From: the human T2T-CHM13v2.0 reference genome, Homo sapiens
DNA length: 64,000 nt
Direction: 5' to 3' (one strand)
Assembly (NCBI RefSeq): GCF_009914755.1
Contig: NC_060930.1
The first letter of the stretch is position 1; every line of letters begins with the position of its first letter. Made by a program: the position numbers and the translations under genes. The notes below the pieces were generated by a model. That model searched no databases and was not told where the DNA came from. It saw only the letters and a program-made list of their open reading frames with translations. Positions 57,690-64,000 of the stretch are shown in pieces.

Positions 57690-58640
57690 GCCAGGCATAG
57701 TGATGGCTTTGTCTAGCCTGATGGTGATAGTGCAGGAGAAAAATAGATAATTGTGAAAAACATAGGGAATACTATTGATATGATTTGGTATTCAGTAGCA
57801 TGACAATAAAAGGCAAAGGGTGTTACAGAATGACAGGTTTCTGGCTTAGCCTACAAGATGGATAGTCATAGTAAATTTGAGAGTCCTGTGAGTTTTCCAA
57901 GTGGAAATCATGACAAATAGGGCACATTTACAACGATAATAACACAGACAGCTCCTTGAACTTTAGCTGTAAATATTCTATTTTCAGTCTACTTTGGTTT
58001 TTCATTCTGCATTCTGTGAGCTCTGTAAGGATGTACCATAAATAAGACCACGTCTAATTTTTCTTTTTCTTTACAATACCTGACATAGATGGAGCATGTC
58101 TGAACTAAGGCAACAGAAGTAGGAATGGTAGATTAGGGAAAGAGGAGAGATTAAAGAGGCAGAGTCAACTGAAGTTAGTAATTGATCATATGCAGACAAT
58201 TAGGACAAAGGAAGGAGACTAAAGTGATTCCCCAGTTTAAGGCATGGGCATCTTGAAAAATGGTGGGACAGTTGGTTAAAATATAGATTATATGAGCAGA
58301 AGCAGTCTTGAAAAATGTACTGAGTGTTGTTTTGATAAGTTGAGTATGTGGTTATGTTCAGGTGAAGGTGAAAAGTAAGAAGTCAGAAGTACTGGCCTGA
58401 AGTTTGTAAAGTAAATCCGAGCTACAGATACAGTATTGGAAGCCAGTGTGTATGGTGGTCCACAGGTGTGGATAATATAAATTAAGTCTTGGGTTTAAAC
58501 CAAAAAGAAGAGTTCTAAATGGAACCTTGAGGAACCATTATTTAAGGTAATAGGTGTGGAAAAGACCGTGAGCTCAGTGAAAAGCATTGAATAAGTTTAG
58601 GAATGAGTAACCAGAGATGAAGAAAAAAAAAAAAAGCAGA
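57690..58640 (-). mobile_element. L2 remnants
   Basis: Purine-rich L2-like motifs such as caggtttctggcttag, ggcagagtcaactgaagttagtaattgat, and ggaaccttgaggaacc. Confidence 0.5.
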
Positions 58641-60609
58641 CAGCGGTGCTATGTTTCATTGTTTTTTAATTTTATAATTGGTAATTTCCACTTTTATTCC
58701 TTATTTGCTGCTGTGAAATGTCACACAATTATTTAGGATTCTGAAAATAGTGGAATTTTCTACTTCTACTTAATTTTTCTCATATCCTTTTTGAATTATA
58801 TGCTCATGAATGTTTTTACATTGTAAATAAGTCAGTAAATACACACACATATACATAGATGGGGAAGTGAGAGTGCTTATAAAAGAAACCCAAAAGTTTC
58901 TTTCTGATAGGGTATATTTCGAAGAAAGTTTGGGAAGTACTAGTCTATGCCTATTACAATAACCTCCTAAGCCTGCTTGTAAAATTACACCTCCAGCTAA
59001 ACTATCTTTCACAGTATTACTGGAGAAGACTTTTTGAATGTCTAATCATGATAGTTTTCTGTACAGTTATTTCTGATGAATCACTAAAGTTTAAAACTCA
59101 ATGTCCTTTTCATTGTAACCCACCCTAAATCCCACAATTAGCTCCAGTTGTATTTTTTGGCGCTCTCTTCCCAGGGGTCGAGTGCTTTCTCTGTTTCTGT
59201 TTTCTCTATTTTCTGAACATACCCTGATGCCCTTAAAAATTTGCTGTTCCTTTAGTGTCCTCTACTAAAAATTTCCTAATAAATATAGCCTTCCCACATC
59301 CCAATAGGCAGAACTGAGGGTTTTTTCCCACCATACAATTCCCACCATACAAAGGACATTTAACTGTAAACATTCACCACTGTGCCCATGCACATCCCAT
59401 GTGTGTATTTGTGTTTATGTCTGTCTCTCTTTCTAACTGTAATCCCAGAGAAGGAAGGAACTATTTTCTTTTTTTTAAATTTCCCATACATCTTAATGGC
59501 AATTTACCTACTTGGGTTTTTAAAAAAAGGATTTTTGAGTTATTTTGAATTGAATCAAAAGTATGATCAATAACTTATTCTTAGTAACAAAGAATAAGAA
59601 ACATATCTTGTTAGTTACTTGTTTCTAAAATAATAACCTGTATGCATTAGCCGTGGATTTATATTGCTATTTACAGCTCTCCCAATGCTTCTAGCTTTAG
59701 ATATGAGATCACATCTGAAAAGATCTCATGGACACTTGGGAACATTTTCCTGGAAAATCTTTGCAATAACTTTAAGATATATTATTTGAAAACAGTAATA
59801 TTTTTTAAAGTGTCAATTTTTATTTTATTTTAAGCCAGATGTAAAGCCCTCAGGGAAATAACTGAGTCATATTTTGTCACTTGTGAGGTTCAAAGGACAT
59901 CTCTGGAAATTGACATACAAATATATCATTATTATCATAGTTGCCTCTAAATACTGTGTTACATTTAAATGTAAATGAGTTCTTATGTTATTTACAACTA
60001 AAATTTCACTAAATTTTCCATTAGCCTAGTTTTGTCTTTTTTAGAGTTTCACACCACAAGTGTGAGAACTCCCTCAATGAAGAACCATAGTAAGGGAGTA
60101 AAGAGGTGTGACTCTCCATCAGTTTTATTGACAATATATTCCCTAAGATTAGAGGTCTTCAGAGTTGTTCAGGCAGCAAATAAAATACTAGTTAAACAAA
60201 TGTTATTGATACCATCCTTACAAAACAATGAAAAGAATTATTCGTTTGTCTGAAGAATTAGATGAATAGGTTCCATTGAAATTTTATATGTTCAGAGGAA
60301 TATATGTGCCTATTTTCATAGTAATAAATAGCACAATTTCCCCAAGAAAATGTGGGATTTTAATAAATTGTGCTTCTGGTTTACTTCTCAGTGGGGCTGT
60401 GGTGGCTTCAGGTTCATGACAAATCCAATTATTTGGTTGTTGAACTACCCCTTCTGGAAAGCAAAAATAAAAAATAAAAATCCATGAGAGAAAAGAAAAT
60501 AATATGAAATAATATATTGAATGCCTCAGGCTTGCTGCTAGAAAATGTGCGTGTATTTTCTTATTAAGTGCTCACAAAGCTATCTGTTGTCAAAATGCGT
60601 AACTTAGGA

Positions 60610-62482
60610 AGGGGCTTCAGGATGACTGAATAGAGAGGCGTCTTGTATACATCCTACACAAAAGAACTCATCCTACACAAAGAACACAACAGGGATTGAC
60701 AGTGAGCCTGGAGTGGCTCTTCAATATAAGCAAAGGGTAAGTGAGACACACCCACCAGTCCACATTTCCATTCTGGATCCTAAAATCCTAGCCATGGGAC
60801 AACCCCTCGACCCTCAAATGCCTTCAGACTCACATAGAGAGATGCCTGGGGACCACACAATGGCATTGCTACAGAGAGGGGTCTCACACTGTGTTCCACA
60901 CACCTCTGAGTCCTAGGAAGCTATATACCCAATTTTGACAGCTCAGCCCCCATGAGATTACAGTCTTCTCTGGGGCCCAAAAGCTCCGGCATTTCCACAT
61001 CCCTGGAGCCTCTTTGACATCCCTTGCCCACAGCCACTATCTTGGATGGCTGCTGCTGCCAGGGTTATAGAATGAGTCATTGGCAGTGATCCAGCAATTT
61101 CCAGCAGCAAAACTGCTGCTCATTTACATCATCTGAGGCCTTTCCCTATGAAAGCGAATTTTAAAAATTGGAAGAAGCAACTGTTACACCTGATGCACAC
61201 ATGTCAACATAAGGACATAAGAAACATGAAGAGTAAGAAAATGTGACACCTTAAAAGGAACACAATACTTCTTTGACAACAAATTCTAATCAGAAAGAAA
61301 TTTATAAAATCCCTGAAAAAATCATTCAAAATAAGGATAATTAAGAAGCTCAATGAGATAAAAGAGAAAACAGACAATATAGAACAAATCAGAAAAAAAT
61401 AATTCAGGAAATGAATTAGAAATTTACCAAAGATACAGATCTTAAAAAAAAAAAAAAAAAAAAAAAGAAAGAAACAAGCGCAAATTCTGGAACTGAAAAA
61501 TTCATTGAATGAAATACAAAATACAATTTAAAGCTTCAACAATAGACTAGGTCATGCAGAAGAAAAAAACAGAACTTAAAGACAGACCTTTTGAAATAAC
61601 TCAGACAAAAATAAATTGTAAAAAGTGAACAAAGCCTATGTGACATACGGAATACAATAAAGCAACAAAATATTCAAATTTTTGGTATCCCAGAAGATAA
61701 AGCTATAAATTAAAGTGGCAGAGACCATATAATGGAATAACAGCTGAAAACTTCTCAAGTCTAGCAAGATTTTAGACATCCAGATGTAGGCAGCTCAGAA
61801 ATTGCCAAATAGATACAGTTTTAAAATACCTTCTCAATGGCATATGCCAGTCAAACTTTCAAAATTCAAAGACAAAAAGAGAAAAACAGCAAGAGAAAAG
61901 TCTGTAGTCATTTATAAGGGAAGCCCCATCAGACTATCAGTGAATTCTTCAGCAGAAATTCAGGTAATTCAGAAAAAATGAGATGATACATTCAAAGTGC
62001 TGAAAGAAAAAAAATGACTACAAACAAAGGATATTATACTCAACAAACCTATCCTTCAAAAGGCAAAATAAAGTCTTTCTCAGGCAAGCAAAAACTAAGG
62101 GAATTCATGTTTCGAATTGTAATATACTCTTGATGAATTCATCCCTTTAGCATTATATAGTCTTTTTTTCTAAATTGTCTTTTTTTCTAAACACTATATT
62201 GTCTTTTTTTCTAAAATAAATAAACACACTATATTGTCTTTTTTTCTAAACACTATATTGTCTTTTTTTCTAAAATTTGTTGTAGGACTAGATTGGTCTT
62301 ACAAGAAATGCTGAAGGGAGTCCTGCATCTGAAAACAAAATGATAAAATTTACCATGATAGAAACACGAAAATATAAAATCCGCTGGTAAAGCAAACACA
62401 AATAAGGAAAAGAAAGGACCCAAAAATTATCACTACAAAAAACCAACAAACCATGATGAGAAGCAGTAAGAAAAAATGGAAC
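60610..62482 (+). mobile_element. L1M-type 5' UTR plus ORF1 remnant (3'-truncated, internally deleted)
   Basis: 5' start gggcttcaggatgactgaatagag. ORF1 motifs gaattcttcagcagaa, tataagggaagccccatcagacta, and ttacaagaaatgctgaagggagtcc. Confidence 0.82.
62160..62274. repeat. Irregular tandem array, 5 copies of gtctttttttctaaa
   Basis: Copies start at 62160, 62177, 62201, 62236 and 62260. cactatatt precedes three of them. Confidence 0.92.
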
Positions 62483-63148
62483 ATGAGGGACTTTTTTGTT
62501 TGTTTTCTTCTATTTGCTAAGGTTTTCCTCTAACCGTATTCTGCCACCAATGCCATTTTCCAAATACCACCACAATCCTTATTAATCAGACACACTCTCC
62601 TTTGAATTTAATTTAACAATTTATGCTTTTTGTACATTCGCTTGGAGCCTTATACTTCATCTTAGGCAAGTAATTTCCTACAAGTCAGTCCAGTGTTCTC
62701 AATCCTGTGTCATATTAGAGAGTTCTTACATATAAAAATATTTCATAAAAAAATTAGATTTGACATCAGTGAAAAGTGGATGAAAAATAGTTTATTCGGT
62801 TTTATGGGTGCATATGTTGCTATCCACATCTAGGTGTGCACGAAATATTTATCTGGTGTTTCCTAGACCATCAGAATCAAGAAAGAGTTTTGAGAGTTGT
62901 TTGAGCTCCAATAATAGCAACAGAATTTGTAGATTCTTATCCAATGCTCCAAACTAATGGTTTTACTGCAAGAAGCCAGCCTTTATTTAATCTTTGGAGC
63001 ACAGTGATAATAACACTGGTTCTGGAGGCAGATTTAAATCCAGGTTCTGTTATGTATGGCTCTATACTTTTGGAAAGGGCATTTAAGACAGTTTTCCTCA
63101 TTAAAAAAAGCATCAGTGATAATAATATTATTTATCTTTGATGCTTTT

Positions 63149-63442
<294 letters not shown>

Positions 63443-63458
63443 TGATGCTTTTAAATGC

Positions 63459-63555
63459 ATGTATAAAGTGCTTTGCATGTGTTATGATGTTAACCATTAT
63501 GTCTAGTGGGTTTCTTTAACTCTTGTTTTTGCATTGCAGGTAAACATCTGTACTC

Positions 63556-63608
<53 letters not shown>

Positions 63609-63894
63609 CCCTCTGTAGAGACAGAGAGTACATAAGTATATATAGACTATATAGACAGATTATATATATATAGAGAGTGTACATACAGAGAATACATACA
63701 TATATACATATATATGTATATATGTATAAAGTGCTTTGCATGTATTATAATGTTAACCATTATTTCCAGTGGATTTCTTTAACTCTTCTTTTTGCACTAC
63801 AGGTAAATGTCTGTACTCTCTGACTCTGTCTCTCTGTCTCTTTCTCTCTCTGTAAAGACAGAGAGTACATAAATATATGACTCTATATAGAGAG

Positions 63895-63937
<43 letters not shown>

Positions 63938-63965
63938 GAACTACAGAGAATACATACATATATAG
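63459..63965. repeat. Diverged tandem duplication, period 263 bp, containing (CT)n/(TA)n/(GA)n
   Basis: atgtataaagtgctttgcatgt... starts at 63459 and 63722. The copies are colinear through acagagaatacatacatatata. Confidence 0.93.
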
Positions 63966-64000
63966 AGATGATTAGATAATACTCTATATTAGATAATAGA

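Noticed and set aside
62160-62274. CRISPR-like repeat-spacer array
   Set aside because: The context is a eukaryotic L1, the unit is a 15-nt low-complexity sequence, the spacers are short and repeated, and there are no cas genes.

Overview
This is AT-rich, CpG-poor primate genomic DNA. AluY and L1PA3/4-type elements point to human or a close catarrhine relative. Well over half of the window is recognisable transposable-element debris: old and young LINE-1s, MaLR LTR elements (MST, THE1, MLT1), ERV1 solo LTRs, Alus, hAT DNA transposons, and MIR/L2 remnants. I see no host protein-coding exon, RNA gene or CpG island, so it is intergenic or deep-intronic. The only long ORFs are decayed LINE-1 ORF1/ORF2 pieces. 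I found no credible new biological system. What is worth a second look is structural history: a deeply nested L1>MST>(Alu, THE1 with three LTRs) stack; an inverted L1PA inside an L1PB, both missing about 2 kb at one junction; two pairs of independent retrotransposon insertions that break at almost the same consensus position; template-switch or iterative-synthesis scars; and a 263-bp tandem duplication carrying AG|GT recursive-splice-like motifs. Subfamily names come from remembered consensus motifs and need RepeatMasker/Dfam confirmation. Boundaries of old repeats are approximate.
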